A stretch of 64,000 nt of DNA, from contig JACRCW010000169.1 of NCBI GenBank assembly GCA_016218805.1, forward strand, positions 103,269 to 167,268. Reading direction: 5' to 3'. The notes beneath the pieces are model-generated. The model was not told the origin of the DNA, did not search any database, and saw only the letters and a program-made list of their open reading frames with translations. The position numbers and the translations under genes are program-made. The number at the start of each line of letters is the position of its first letter. The first letter of the stretch is position 1. This DNA is from Deltaproteobacteria bacterium. Its GTDB lineage: Bacteria > Myxococcota > JACRCW01. Shown here one piece after another: positions 18,996-29,232 of this stretch.

Positions 18996-19578
18996 GGCTT
19001 GGCGTGCCGTGCCTTACGACACATCCCGCGGCAAGGTCGCCAACGGCCTGATGGAAGAGCGCAGGCCGGACTCCTCTCCGTCCATGACCGCGCCGCGCCA
19101 GTGAACGGACACCGCCGTGTCCCCATCAAAGAGCGAGTTGCACAAGCAGGTTGAGATCCGGTTCAAGCCCGCCGACGACGCGCACTCCTTTGACCATACC
19201 CGGCTCGCCTGTCCGGGTCGTTTCTGGGTGATTGTCCTGGCGCGCTTCACAGCGACGAGCGCTGCTCTGCGAGGTCCCGCTGACACCGACCGTGAAACGC
19301 CCGCGTCTGATGCCGGCGCCATCAGGCACGCGGCCCCGCGCGCTGACGAGGACGGACCTGCCCATCTGCGCGTCATCAGGGACGTGACGGTGGGGCCCTC
19401 GCAGGTTTTGGATTTGACTCCCCAGTTGCCTGGTTGCCGTTGCGGCTGCAACAGCGCCATCGTCGGTGGGTCGGCGACATGCCGCCCGCGCTGGGCCGCT
19501 GCGGGTCGACGGCCGCCGGCCGGCCCTGTTAGTCTGCGGCAATAACTTTGCGCGTGACGGCCATCCGGAGGAGGTCCG

Positions 19579-20715
19579 ATGGCGCTGCTGCTGGCGGTCC
19601 TGCTGGCCCAATCCGGGCAACTGCCCAGCGTGGCCGTGCTGGAACTGGCGGCGCGGCAGGGCGTGGGTGCGGACGTGGCCACGCTCCTCACGGATCACCT
19701 GGCCATTGCAGTGCGGCGCAGCGGCAGGTTCAGGACGGTCACCGCAATGGCGGAGATCGTCGCCACGCTGGCCGTGGAGCAGCAGAAGATGATGGCGGAC
19801 TGCGATCGGGACTCGTGCCTGCCGGAGATCGGCGGCGCGCTTGGCGTGGACCTGCTCATCTTCGGCAACGTCGGGCGCGTGGGGAGGCTGTGGGTCGTGA
19901 CGCTGCGGATGGTGGACGCTCGGACCGCGGGGTCACGGGGGTCTGCCAGCCGCACGGCGCAGGGAGACGACCCCTCCGTCCTGTTCAACGCCATTGACCT
20001 GGCGCTGGCGGACATGCTGGCGCCCGAGGCGGGTTCCGCGCCGCGCGCCCCGCCTCCCCCGGACGACCTGGAGCAGGCGGGTGATGATGATGATGACGCG
20101 CGGGACCACGCGCGCCGGGCGCCGCCGCCTACCCGGCCCATTGGCCTGCGCCGCGCGGCGTGGCTTGCGCCCGCGGGTGTTGCGGTCGGAACCGCCATCG
20201 CTTCGGTTGGATTGTTTGCCTTTTGCGTGGGCGTCAATTCGCTTGGTTTCTTTGTCCCGGCGCCTTTCAGTGCCACCACCAGCCTCACCGGCGCTGCCGG
20301 CTGCCTGGGCGGACTCGCCGCAACGCTGCTGTGTGTCCCCGGCGCCGCCGCCAACGGCCTTGTCACGGTGCTGACGGCAGTCTTCGGCCGGGGGCGTTAC
20401 GAGGCGCTCGATCATGTGCTCGTTATTGCCGGGACCATCGCGGCGGGGGCTGTCCTGCTGCTCAGCGGTCCGTTGGTGGTACTCGGGTTCGGCGTGTCCG
20501 CGGTCCCCATCGGCAACGCCGTGTCGGAAGGGCGCAGGCAGACCACGGTGATGGAGACCGGCGTCTTCGCGGCGGCGCTGGGGCTGGTCACGTTCGGGCT
20601 GTTCCTGGGCGCGTGGGGTGGCGCCGGGCTGGCCGGTGGCGCCGTGGCCCCGCTGATCGGCTCGTCGCTTGTCGTCGGCACCGTGGAAAGCCTCCTGGGG
20701 GAACCGGCCGAATGA
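19579..20715 (+). CDS. CsgG/TolB-N-like N-terminal domain plus a Gly/Ala-rich multi-TM C-terminus
   Basis: GGAGG RBS; VAVLEL...LLTDHL...CDRDSCLPEIGGALGVD...GNVGRVG...LRMVD. Confidence 0.75.
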   Translation: MALLLAVLLAQSGQLPSVAVLELAARQGVGADVATLLTDHLAIAVRRSGRFRTVTAMAEIVATLAVEQQKMMADCDRDSCLPEIGGALGVDLLIFGNVGRVGRLWVVTLRMVDARTAGSRGSASRTAQGDDPSVLFNAIDLALADMLAPEAGSAPRAPPPPDDLEQAGDDDDDARDHARRAPPPTRPIGLRRAAWLAPAGVAVGTAIASVGLFAFCVGVNSLGFFVPAPFSATTSLTGAAGCLGGLAATLLCVPGAAANGLVTVLTAVFGRGRYEALDHVLVIAGTIAAGAVLLLSGPLVVLGFGVSAVPIGNAVSEGRRQTTVMETGVFAAALGLVTFGLFLGAWGGAGLAGGAVAPLIGSSLVVGTVESLLGEPAE

Positions 20716-21815
20716 CGCCGTTGCCAATCCTGGTCACCGTGATCCTGGCCGCTGCGGGAGCCGGCCCCACGCTTCTGGTGCTGAACAGCAGCGCCCAGGG
20801 CGGCCCGCGTGATGATCTCGCGGCGCTGCTGACGGATACGCTGGCTTCCACCGTCCAACGGCGCGGCGCCTTTTCCCAGGTCACCGCGCAATCGGACGTC
20901 GCCAGCGTCCTGAGCGTAGAAACCACAAAACAACTGGCCGGGTGCGACACGGACAGCTGCGTGCTGAACGCTGCGCGCGGTGCGCAGGCGGACTTTGTCC
21001 TGCTGGTCACGCTGGGACGCGTGGGCTCCGTGCTCGTGTTCAACGCCCGGCTGCTGGACCTGCGCCGCGGCGTCCTGGCGGGCGCCACGTCGTGCCAGGC
21101 GCCCGCGCACCGCGAAGACCAGCTGTACGCGCAGATCCCCGCCATGGTGGATGAGCTGCTGGGCGTGGTTCCCCGCCCGGCGCCGCCACGGGCCGCGCCG
21201 GCGCGCAGCCTGTTCGGGACGCTCCGGGACGATGCGGCGCGTCACGCCGCGCACCGGCCGTGGGTGGCTGCGCTGGCGGTTGCCGGCGTGCTGGGCTGCG
21301 TGGGACCGGCTGGTCTGTGGTGCGCGGCAGGCGCGGCGCAAGGGCTCCGCTTCACTCCGGACACGTGGCTCGGTCCGGCGGGCGCGGCAACGTGGGTGCT
21401 GGGTGGCGCCGCGCTGGCGCTGACCTTGCTGCTGGTCCTGCCCGTGCCGTTGGCGGGTGTGGCGGGGGTGGTGCCGCTGGGGCTGGCGGTGCGCCGCTTC
21501 CGTCCGCGCCTCGGTGACCACGCCCCGGCGGCGTGTGTGGGCGGGCTGGCGTGCGTCGGCGGTGCGGCCAGCGCCGCGGTCTTTGCCGTGGGGGTGACGG
21601 AGTCCACCGGGTCCGTGCTGCCGTGGGACCCGGCGCGGGTGCCGCGCACCTATGGCGCCATCTTTCTCGGCGCGCCCTTGCTGGTTGGCGCCGGCGTTCT
21701 GGGGACGGTGCTGGCGCTGACCACGGGCGGTGCGGCGGCGGCCGTGGAGGCGCTGCTGTGGCTCGCGTGGTTCACCTACGCGGACGCGCCCGCTGCGGAC
21801 GCGGGTGAACGCTGA
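20712..21815 (+). CDS. Tandem paralog of the preceding CsgG/TolB-N-like membrane protein
   Basis: ATGA overlap; LLTDTL...KQLAGCDTDSCVLNAARG...LGRVG...RLLD; hydrophobic C-terminal half. Confidence 0.75.
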   Translation: MTPLPILVTVILAAAGAGPTLLVLNSSAQGGPRDDLAALLTDTLASTVQRRGAFSQVTAQSDVASVLSVETTKQLAGCDTDSCVLNAARGAQADFVLLVTLGRVGSVLVFNARLLDLRRGVLAGATSCQAPAHREDQLYAQIPAMVDELLGVVPRPAPPRAAPARSLFGTLRDDAARHAAHRPWVAALAVAGVLGCVGPAGLWCAAGAAQGLRFTPDTWLGPAGAATWVLGGAALALTLLLVLPVPLAGVAGVVPLGLAVRRFRPRLGDHAPAACVGGLACVGGAASAAVFAVGVTESTGSVLPWDPARVPRTYGAIFLGAPLLVGAGVLGTVLALTTGGAAAAVEALLWLAWFTYADAPAADAGER

Positions 21816-23313
21816 GGCACCCGCCGCCGCTGGGCGTCCACATCCGGCGCCTGAGCGCAGCACCCGGAAGGCACACCGTGCAGGTCACCACCGTCAGGTA
21901 GTACGGCAGCACCGCCAGCGCCGGAGCCGGCCACGGGTACCCAACCTGCCACCCGTGGATGACCACGTGCAGCACCGCCACCGCCGTCCCCAGCACCGCG
22001 GCCAGCGCCAACACCGCCGCCACCCGATGCCGCACAATCCACCCGGCGACGGCTGCGGCGGCGAGCGTCACCGCACTGGTAAAAACGACAAAACTCAACC
22101 GCGTGCTGATCATGCTCAGCGAAAACGTCCCCTTCCACAGCCACAGCGCCGCGGCCGGCAGCCCCAGCACCGCCACCGCCAGCAGGACCACCGTGGGGCT
22201 GCGGTGACGTCGCCACGCCCAGGCGCATGCGGCCAGCAGGAGCGCCGCCAGGCCCACGGACCACTGCCGCGCCTGCGCCCGGTGCCCCTGCGCTTCCAGC
22301 GCGTCCCAGTCCTCCGCGCCCAGGTCGCGCAGCAACGCAGAGGCACCCGCGCGGCCGCGCACCACCGCCGCACGCCGCGCCGCCATCACCCCGTCCCCCA
22401 GCACGCGCGGGTCCGCCCACGCCCAGATGGCGTCCAGGCCGTCCCCCGGTCCCACCCGAAGGTGCCGCGGGAAGCGGTCACCGGTGAGCAGCGCCCACAG
22501 CGGCGCCACGGCGGTGGCGTCCAGCGTGGACCGGCCCGGCCGCGCCACCACCCCCCGCCCCACTGCGCACGTCAGCACCACCGCAATGTCGTCCTCGTTC
22601 CCGCCGTGGCCGCCCAGCGGCCGGTGCCCATGGTCTGACGTGAACAACAGGAGGTCCCGCTCCAGGTCCAGCGCCGCCAGCAGGCGGTCCAGGCGCTCGC
22701 CCGTGTGCTGCACCGCCGCTGCGTATTCCGGTGACGCGGCGCCGTCGGCGTGCCCCGCGTCGTCCGGCGCAAGTTCATGGATCACAATCACGCGGCCCAA
22801 GGCGGCGGTCTGCTCCCACGCGTCACGGGAGCGCACGTGCACGTCAAATGCGCCCGGGAACAGGTCTGCCCACCAGGGGCCATCAGACTGCAGCGCGGTG
22901 GAGAGGCCGCGCGCGCGCGCCATGTGCCAGGTGTCCTCCGGTGCCGCGGGCCCGTCCCACGCGTTGGAGCGCACGCCCGTGCGCGAGGGCTCCAGCCCCG
23001 TCGAGAACTCGGTGTACGTGGGCATGGACATGGTGGGCTGCCGCAGCGCGGTCTCCGCGCAGTGTCCGTGGCGCGCCATCCGCGCCACGCCCGGCAGTGA
23101 ACGCGCGCCCTCCAGTGACAACCCGTCCACCAGCACAAACACGGCGCGGCGCGGTGGTTCGGCGCGCGGCCCGTGGTCCACGGTGACCGTGCGGTCCTGG
23201 AGGAACCCCGCCTCCACGTTGCAGCGGCGGTTGTAGGTGAGTCCCACCACAGCGCTGGTGGCCAGGCAGGCGGCATACAGCGCCAGCGTGGGGTCCGGGT
23301 GGAGCGGCGCCAT
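21772..23313 (-). CDS. Alkaline-phosphatase-superfamily membrane protein (phosphoethanolamine-transferase/PIG-O-like)
   Basis: VFVLVDGL; PTMSMPTY; PDDAGHADG..SPEY; FTSDHGH...GHGG; C-terminal TM bundle. Confidence 0.8.
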   Translation of the reverse strand: MAPLHPDPTLALYAACLATSAVVGLTYNRRCNVEAGFLQDRTVTVDHGPRAEPPRRAVFVLVDGLSLEGARSLPGVARMARHGHCAETALRQPTMSMPTYTEFSTGLEPSRTGVRSNAWDGPAAPEDTWHMARARGLSTALQSDGPWWADLFPGAFDVHVRSRDAWEQTAALGRVIVIHELAPDDAGHADGAASPEYAAAVQHTGERLDRLLAALDLERDLLLFTSDHGHRPLGGHGGNEDDIAVVLTCAVGRGVVARPGRSTLDATAVAPLWALLTGDRFPRHLRVGPGDGLDAIWAWADPRVLGDGVMAARRAAVVRGRAGASALLRDLGAEDWDALEAQGHRAQARQWSVGLAALLLAACAWAWRRHRSPTVVLLAVAVLGLPAAALWLWKGTFSLSMISTRLSFVVFTSAVTLAAAAVAGWIVRHRVAAVLALAAVLGTAVAVLHVVIHGWQVGYPWPAPALAVLPYYLTVVTCTVCLPGAALRRRMWTPSGGGCLSVHPRPQRARPRR

Positions 23314-23375
23314 GCTGCCGCACCTTGGCCCACCGACGTGGACGACGGCAACCCTGGCCCGCTAGCTTTCCGGCC

Positions 23376-23951
23376 ATGCCTCCGCCCCCCCAGCCGCCGG
23401 CGTTCCTGGCCACGCGGCGCGGCCTGCTGCGCATGGGTGCCGGCACGGCCGCGGTCCTGTCGGCGGGCAGCTCGCTGTTTCTCTCCAGGTGCAACGGCCA
23501 CTACGACGCGCTGGTGCCCGCGGGGCAGCAGCCGCGGGTGCTGTCAGGCAAGCAGTTTGCCGTGCTGGCGACATTTGTGGACTGCATCCTGCCGGATGAA
23601 CCCGGCTGGCCCACCGCCGTGGAAACCCGCGTGGCGCTGCGCATTGACCACGAACTGGCGTTCCACCACGACCAGCTGGTGGATGACTTCCGCGCGGCAC
23701 TTTACCTGGTGGAATACGGGGACTTTCTGCACGGCGGTTTCACCCGCTTTACCCGCATGACGCAGCCCGAGCGGGACGCGCACCTGCACCGGATGCAGCG
23801 CGGGTGGTCACTGGAGAAGCAGGCCTTCATCAACCTGCGCCTGCTGGCCGTGTTCTTCCATTACACGGACGAGCGGACGTGGCAGCACATTGGCTACGCG
23901 GGGCCCATGTTCCCCGTGGCCAGCCGCCCGCCGGCGGACAACCGCGCCTGA
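23376..23951 (+). CDS. Tat-exported gluconate 2-dehydrogenase subunit 3-like protein
   Basis: TRRGLL twin-arginine motif; FTRM...RDAHL; YTDERTWQHIGYAGP. Directly upstream of a GMC oxidoreductase. Confidence 0.8.
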   Translation: MPPPPQPPAFLATRRGLLRMGAGTAAVLSAGSSLFLSRCNGHYDALVPAGQQPRVLSGKQFAVLATFVDCILPDEPGWPTAVETRVALRIDHELAFHHDQLVDDFRAALYLVEYGDFLHGGFTRFTRMTQPERDAHLHRMQRGWSLEKQAFINLRLLAVFFHYTDERTWQHIGYAGPMFPVASRPPADNRA

Positions 23952-23960
23952 GGTGAGCCC

Positions 23961-25514
23961 GTGGACATCCTGGAGTGGACGGGCGTCAAAGGGGACCTGG
24001 TGGAGACGGCGGATGCCGTCGTCATCGGGTCGGGTTGTGGCGGCGCAACCGTGGCCAAGGAGTTGGCCGCGGCGGGCTGGAAGGTGCTCATCCTGGAGTC
24101 CGGCGGCTACTACGTCCCTGAGCGCGGTGACTTTGACCAGCGCGAGGACGACATGCTGGCGCGCATTGACGGCGGCCGCGGTCTGCACGCCACGGCGGAC
24201 ACGCAGTGCAATCTGACCTACGGGCACAACGTGGGTGGCGCGTCCGTGCACTACTGGGCGGAGAGCTGGCGCACGCCGCGGGACCGCACGGAGAGCTGGG
24301 AGCGGGAGTTTGGCGTGGAGGGCCACTCTGATGACGAGCTGCGCCCGTACTACGAGCGCCTGGAGAAGGACCTCAACGTCCACCTGGCCACCGACGAGCG
24401 GCTCAACCGGATGAACCAACTGTTTGACCGGGGCGCGCGCGCGGTGGGCATCCACGTGGAGCGCGTGCTGCAGGCGCGTAAGAACTGCATAGGCAGCGGC
24501 TACTGCATGCAGGGGTGCTCCTTCAACGCCAAGCAGAGCCAGCTGGTCACGCACCTGCCCGCCGCGTTGGCGTCGGGCGCGCGCCTGTTCGCGGACTGCC
24601 GCGTGGAACAGGTGACACATGAGCGCGGGCGCGCCACCGGCGTGTTTGCCCGCTTCCTGGACCGCCGCACCGCCAAGCCCATGGGTCCCACCCTCACCGT
24701 GAAGTCGGACTGTGTCATTGTGGCTGCGGGCGGGTTCCAGTCCGCAGCGGTGCTGATGCGCAGCGGCGTGCCGGATCCCTCCGGACAGCTCGGGAAGAAC
24801 CTGCGCGCCAACCCGTGTCCCATGGTGTTCGGCCTGTTCAACGAGGACGTCGTTCTGTGGAAGAACATCCCCGCCGGGGTGGGCACCATGCAGTACCGCC
24901 TGCCCCGGTTTGACGCGGGTAAGTACGTCGAAGGCGGCTATCTGCTGTATCCCAACCAGCTGCCGCCCGCGGCGCTGGGCGCGTTGATGCCGGGCTGGGG
25001 CAAGGACCACCGCGCGCTGATGACGCAGCTGCCCCGCATTGGCAGCACCATCGCCTGGATTGATGACGTCAACAGCGGCTCCATGACGCTGGACGCGCAG
25101 GGACACCCCGTGTGGCAGCTGGACATCACCGGCGTGGATGACCTCATCTGCCGTGACGCCATGAAGAAGGGCGCCGCCATTCTGTTTGCCGCGGGCGCGC
25201 GTGAGGTGCTGCTGGCGGACTCGCTGGGAACGCGCCTGCGCGGACCCGACGAGATGGCGCGGATTGATACGGTGGCCATGGGGCCGGGAGACATGATGTT
25301 CAGCGTGCCCCACCCGTGCGGCATGACGCGCATGGGCCGGGACCCGGCCCGCAGCGTCGTGGACAACAACCACCAGCATCACCAGGTCAAGGGCCTGTTT
25401 GTCTGTGACCCCAGCGTGTTCCCCACCGCGCCCAGCGTGGATCCCTCGCTGACCATCATGGCGTTCAGCTACGTGGCGGCGCGGTTCCTCACGGAGAAGT
25501 GGCGCAAGACCTGA
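23961..25514 (+). CDS. GMC family FAD oxidoreductase
   Basis: VVIGSGCGG; VGGASVHYW; CIGSGYCMQGC; HPCGMTRMG; GLFVCDPSVFPTAPSVDPSLTIMA. Confidence 0.92.
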   Translation: MDILEWTGVKGDLVETADAVVIGSGCGGATVAKELAAAGWKVLILESGGYYVPERGDFDQREDDMLARIDGGRGLHATADTQCNLTYGHNVGGASVHYWAESWRTPRDRTESWEREFGVEGHSDDELRPYYERLEKDLNVHLATDERLNRMNQLFDRGARAVGIHVERVLQARKNCIGSGYCMQGCSFNAKQSQLVTHLPAALASGARLFADCRVEQVTHERGRATGVFARFLDRRTAKPMGPTLTVKSDCVIVAAGGFQSAAVLMRSGVPDPSGQLGKNLRANPCPMVFGLFNEDVVLWKNIPAGVGTMQYRLPRFDAGKYVEGGYLLYPNQLPPAALGALMPGWGKDHRALMTQLPRIGSTIAWIDDVNSGSMTLDAQGHPVWQLDITGVDDLICRDAMKKGAAILFAAGAREVLLADSLGTRLRGPDEMARIDTVAMGPGDMMFSVPHPCGMTRMGRDPARSVVDNNHQHHQVKGLFVCDPSVFPTAPSVDPSLTIMAFSYVAARFLTEKWRKT

Positions 25515-25628
25515 CCGGCAGGCCGCCACCTGACCCACCTGTCATGACGGAGGTCACGTGTCGGCGCGCGGGCCGGTGCCGGCCGCGGGCCCTGGTGTCG
25601 TCGTGAAATGACCGGCGTCCAGGCGCCG

Positions 25629-25644
25629 TGGCATGGCCGTTGCC
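25629..25644 (+). promoter_or_regulatory. Putative sigma54 (-24/-12) promoter
   Basis: TGGCATGGCCGTTGCC matches TGGCACG-N4-TTGC with exact GG-N10-GC spacing, about 16 nt before ATG 25660. Confidence 0.55.
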
Positions 25645-25659
25645 TCCGGCCGCGGTGAC

Positions 25660-26310
25660 ATGAAACGCCACCTGCTGACCGCGTCCCTGTTCCTGGTCCT
25701 GCTGTGTCTGTCCTGCGTTTCACAGGGCGCGCTGCAGCAGACCGACTTTGAAACCGATTGCTCGACGGGCGGCTGCACCTCCCGCCCGTTGGACGCGCCG
25801 CTGGCGCTGGGCGCGTGGCTGGACATTGCCGTCACCGTGGAGTTGGACAACACCAGCACGCCGCCGCCCACGTCGTTGCGCGCGGCGGACAGCGCGGTGC
25901 TGGGCGTCTCCGGCGCGCGCATCACCGGCGCCGGCGGCGGTCTGTCAGCGCTGCTGGTGGAGACACCGGATGGCGTGGTGGTGGACTTCTTCCACATCTG
26001 GGTGGGCCCCGCCACGCGCCTGAAACTGGTGCCCACGCGGCCGGACGGCACCGCCCTCCCGTCGCTGGAACAGGTCCTGGTGCTGGCCGCGGGCGAACAG
26101 GCCGTGGTGGAACGCATCCCCTACGCCAACTCGCAGCTGCTGCTTGGACGCTCTGATGCCGTTGTCACCGTGGACTCGCCTGCGGTGGACGCCGTGAACG
26201 ACCCCAACGCCAACCGCGTGTTGCTCACCGCGGCCGCGCCCGGTGACGCCACGGTCACGGTGGAAGCGCTGGGCGTCACAACCTCCTTCCAGGTCCGGGT
26301 GACGCCATGA
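25660..26310 (+). CDS. Lipoprotein with Ig-like repeats
   Basis: MKRH...LCLSC lipobox; beta-rich segments such as AAAPGDATVTV. Confidence 0.7.
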   Translation: MKRHLLTASLFLVLLCLSCVSQGALQQTDFETDCSTGGCTSRPLDAPLALGAWLDIAVTVELDNTSTPPPTSLRAADSAVLGVSGARITGAGGGLSALLVETPDGVVVDFFHIWVGPATRLKLVPTRPDGTALPSLEQVLVLAAGEQAVVERIPYANSQLLLGRSDAVVTVDSPAVDAVNDPNANRVLLTAAAPGDATVTVEALGVTTSFQVRVTP

Positions 26311-26714
26311 AGAACACCATTGCCGGCCTTGTGGTGACCAGCTGGATGGAGACGTGCGCGTTCTCCCTGCACCCCGCGTCCACGCCGCCGCCCACCAAGA
26401 CGGCTGATCTTGACGCCACGCAGCGCACCATCACCGTTTCCAGCGGCGTGGCCTTTGCGGTGCAGTGCGTGGAGTCCAACGGCGCAGCCGAATGCCGCGG
26501 CCTGCACGTAGAGAGCGACGACCCCGGCATTGCGGAGGTGCGGCCCGGGTACCTGGCCCCGGTGGTGCAGGCCGGTGGCGTGGAGACCGGCGGCGCCACG
26601 GTGGCGCGGCGGAGCGTGTTTGTCGTCATTGGCCATGCCTCCGGTGAGACCGCGCTGCGGATTGTCACGGAGGACGGGCATGACCGTTACCTGGCGCGCG
26701 TGGTTTCCCCCTGA
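26307..26714 (+). CDS. Hypothetical protein, Ig-like (135 aa)
   Basis: ATGA overlap; SDDPGIAEV...GETALRI beta pattern. Confidence 0.6.
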   Translation: MKNTIAGLVVTSWMETCAFSLHPASTPPPTKTADLDATQRTITVSSGVAFAVQCVESNGAAECRGLHVESDDPGIAEVRPGYLAPVVQAGGVETGGATVARRSVFVVIGHASGETALRIVTEDGHDRYLARVVSP

Positions 26715-26729
26715 CCCCGGAGTCCTGCC

Positions 26730-27416
26730 ATGTCCACTGCCCTTGTTCTGCTGACCGTGCTGGCGCAGGAACCCGCCCCGCTGCCGCCCCTGGAGGAGCC
26801 TCCGCCCGTTGAGGCCCCCGCCACCACTGCGCCATGTCCCGCTGACGACGAGGACAGCCCCCCCGTTGCGCGCAAGCCGCGCGCGCGCGTGCGGCGGGTG
26901 TTCGTTCCGGCGGCGTTTTCGTGGACGGCGGCGTGGCGCGGCGCGGGCACGGTTGCCGTTTCTGTGGCGGCGGCAGGTGGCGCCACCGCGCTGGTTGCCG
27001 CGCCGGTGGGCCTCATGCTGGCGGCGCCCGGCTTTGCGTTCATCGTCGTCCCGGCCGGGCTGGTGCTCGCGGGCGGGGCCGCCGTCGGGTCGGTCGTCGC
27101 CGGGTTCGTGGAGGCGGTGCAGGGGCGCCCCAGCTGGCTGCTGCTGCTGCGCACGGCGGTGACGCCGGTGGTCGTTGCCGGCGTGACGGCCGCAGGGCTT
27201 GCCGTCACCACGGCGGGGCTGCTCGGCCTCTACTGGGCGCTGGGCGAATCCCTGAAAGCGCGCGACGTGGACCGCCGGCGCAACATTGTCCTTGGCGGAG
27301 TGGCCTCCGCGCTGGGCGCCGGCGTGGGCCTGGGGCTCACCGCGGCGCTGGCCGCAGCGCTGGGCGCGGGGACGTACGGTGCCGTGGCCACGTGGGACGG
27401 GCTGCGCAGCCGGTAG
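26730..27416 (+). CDS. Hypothetical Gly/Ala-rich membrane protein
   Basis: GGAG RBS; short signal, Pro-rich linker, about 4 hydrophobic helices. Confidence 0.65.
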   Translation: MSTALVLLTVLAQEPAPLPPLEEPPPVEAPATTAPCPADDEDSPPVARKPRARVRRVFVPAAFSWTAAWRGAGTVAVSVAAAGGATALVAAPVGLMLAAPGFAFIVVPAGLVLAGGAAVGSVVAGFVEAVQGRPSWLLLLRTAVTPVVVAGVTAAGLAVTTAGLLGLYWALGESLKARDVDRRRNIVLGGVASALGAGVGLGLTAALAAALGAGTYGAVATWDGLRSR

Positions 27417-27491
27417 AGCGGGGACGCTCCGCCTTCTGCGTAAGGGCTACAAACTCCGCGGGCACCAGGGTGCAGCCGCTGTGGCGGCGGG

Positions 27492-27947
27492 TCAGCGCGC
27501 CCCGCGGGCGGCCTGCAGCGCGCGGTCCAGCGCGTTGGCAAAGCGCTGCTTGTCCCGCGCGCTGTAGGACGCGGGGCCGCCGGTGATCACGCCGGACTCG
27601 CGGACCTCCGCCAGGAAGTCGCGCACGCTCAGGCGCTCGCGCACGTTTTCCTCGTTGTAGACATCCCCGCGCGGGTCAATCACCAGCACGCGCTTGGCCA
27701 CCAGGCGCGCGGCCAGCGGGATGTCATGGGTGACGCACAGGTCCCCCGCCTCCGCCTCCAGCACAATGCGGTCATCCGCCACGTCCGGGCCGCCCTTCAC
27801 GTGCACCTGGCTCACCCGGCCCGCGCGCGGCGTGTGCATGGCCTTGTTGGCCACCAGCACCACACTGATGCCCCGCCGCTCCGAAACCCGGAACACCACA
27901 TCCTTCACGTCCCGGGGACAGGCGTCGGCGTCAATCCAGATGCGCAT
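27492..27947 (-). CDS. yaiI: YaiI/YqxD family protein (UPF0178)
   Basis: MRIWIDADACP; DVADD.I; VTHDIPLA; IDPRG; TGGP; FANALDR. Confidence 0.92.
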   Translation of the reverse strand: MRIWIDADACPRDVKDVVFRVSERRGISVVLVANKAMHTPRAGRVSQVHVKGGPDVADDRIVLEAEAGDLCVTHDIPLAARLVAKRVLVIDPRGDVYNEENVRERLSVRDFLAEVRESGVITGGPASYSARDKQRFANALDRALQAARGAR

Positions 27948-28068
27948 GGCGGAGAGCACCCTTCCTCTCCACGCGCGTCGCGGAGGCGCGGCGCGCCGCC
28001 CAGGCCGCCGTCTGGCACGACGGTGGTTACACCCCCGCCCCGCGGACAGGCGGCGGGCGGCCGCGCTG

Positions 28069-29199
<1,131 letters not shown>

Positions 29200-29232
29200 G
29201 GGGCCTGCCTCGGGAAGGGGTTGCGTGGTCGG

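Noticed and set aside
19014-19560. ORFs 19117..19545 (+), 19014..19691 (-) and 19126..19698 (-)
   Set aside because: No codon bias, RBS or motif. Probably intergenic or a decayed gene I cannot identify.
18860-19570. Possible diversity-generating retroelement: FGE/C-type-lectin-fold C-terminus followed by an unexplained ~580-bp gap
   Set aside because: No template-repeat copy of the 3' end of the gene is visible in the gap or elsewhere in the window, and no reverse transcriptase is present.
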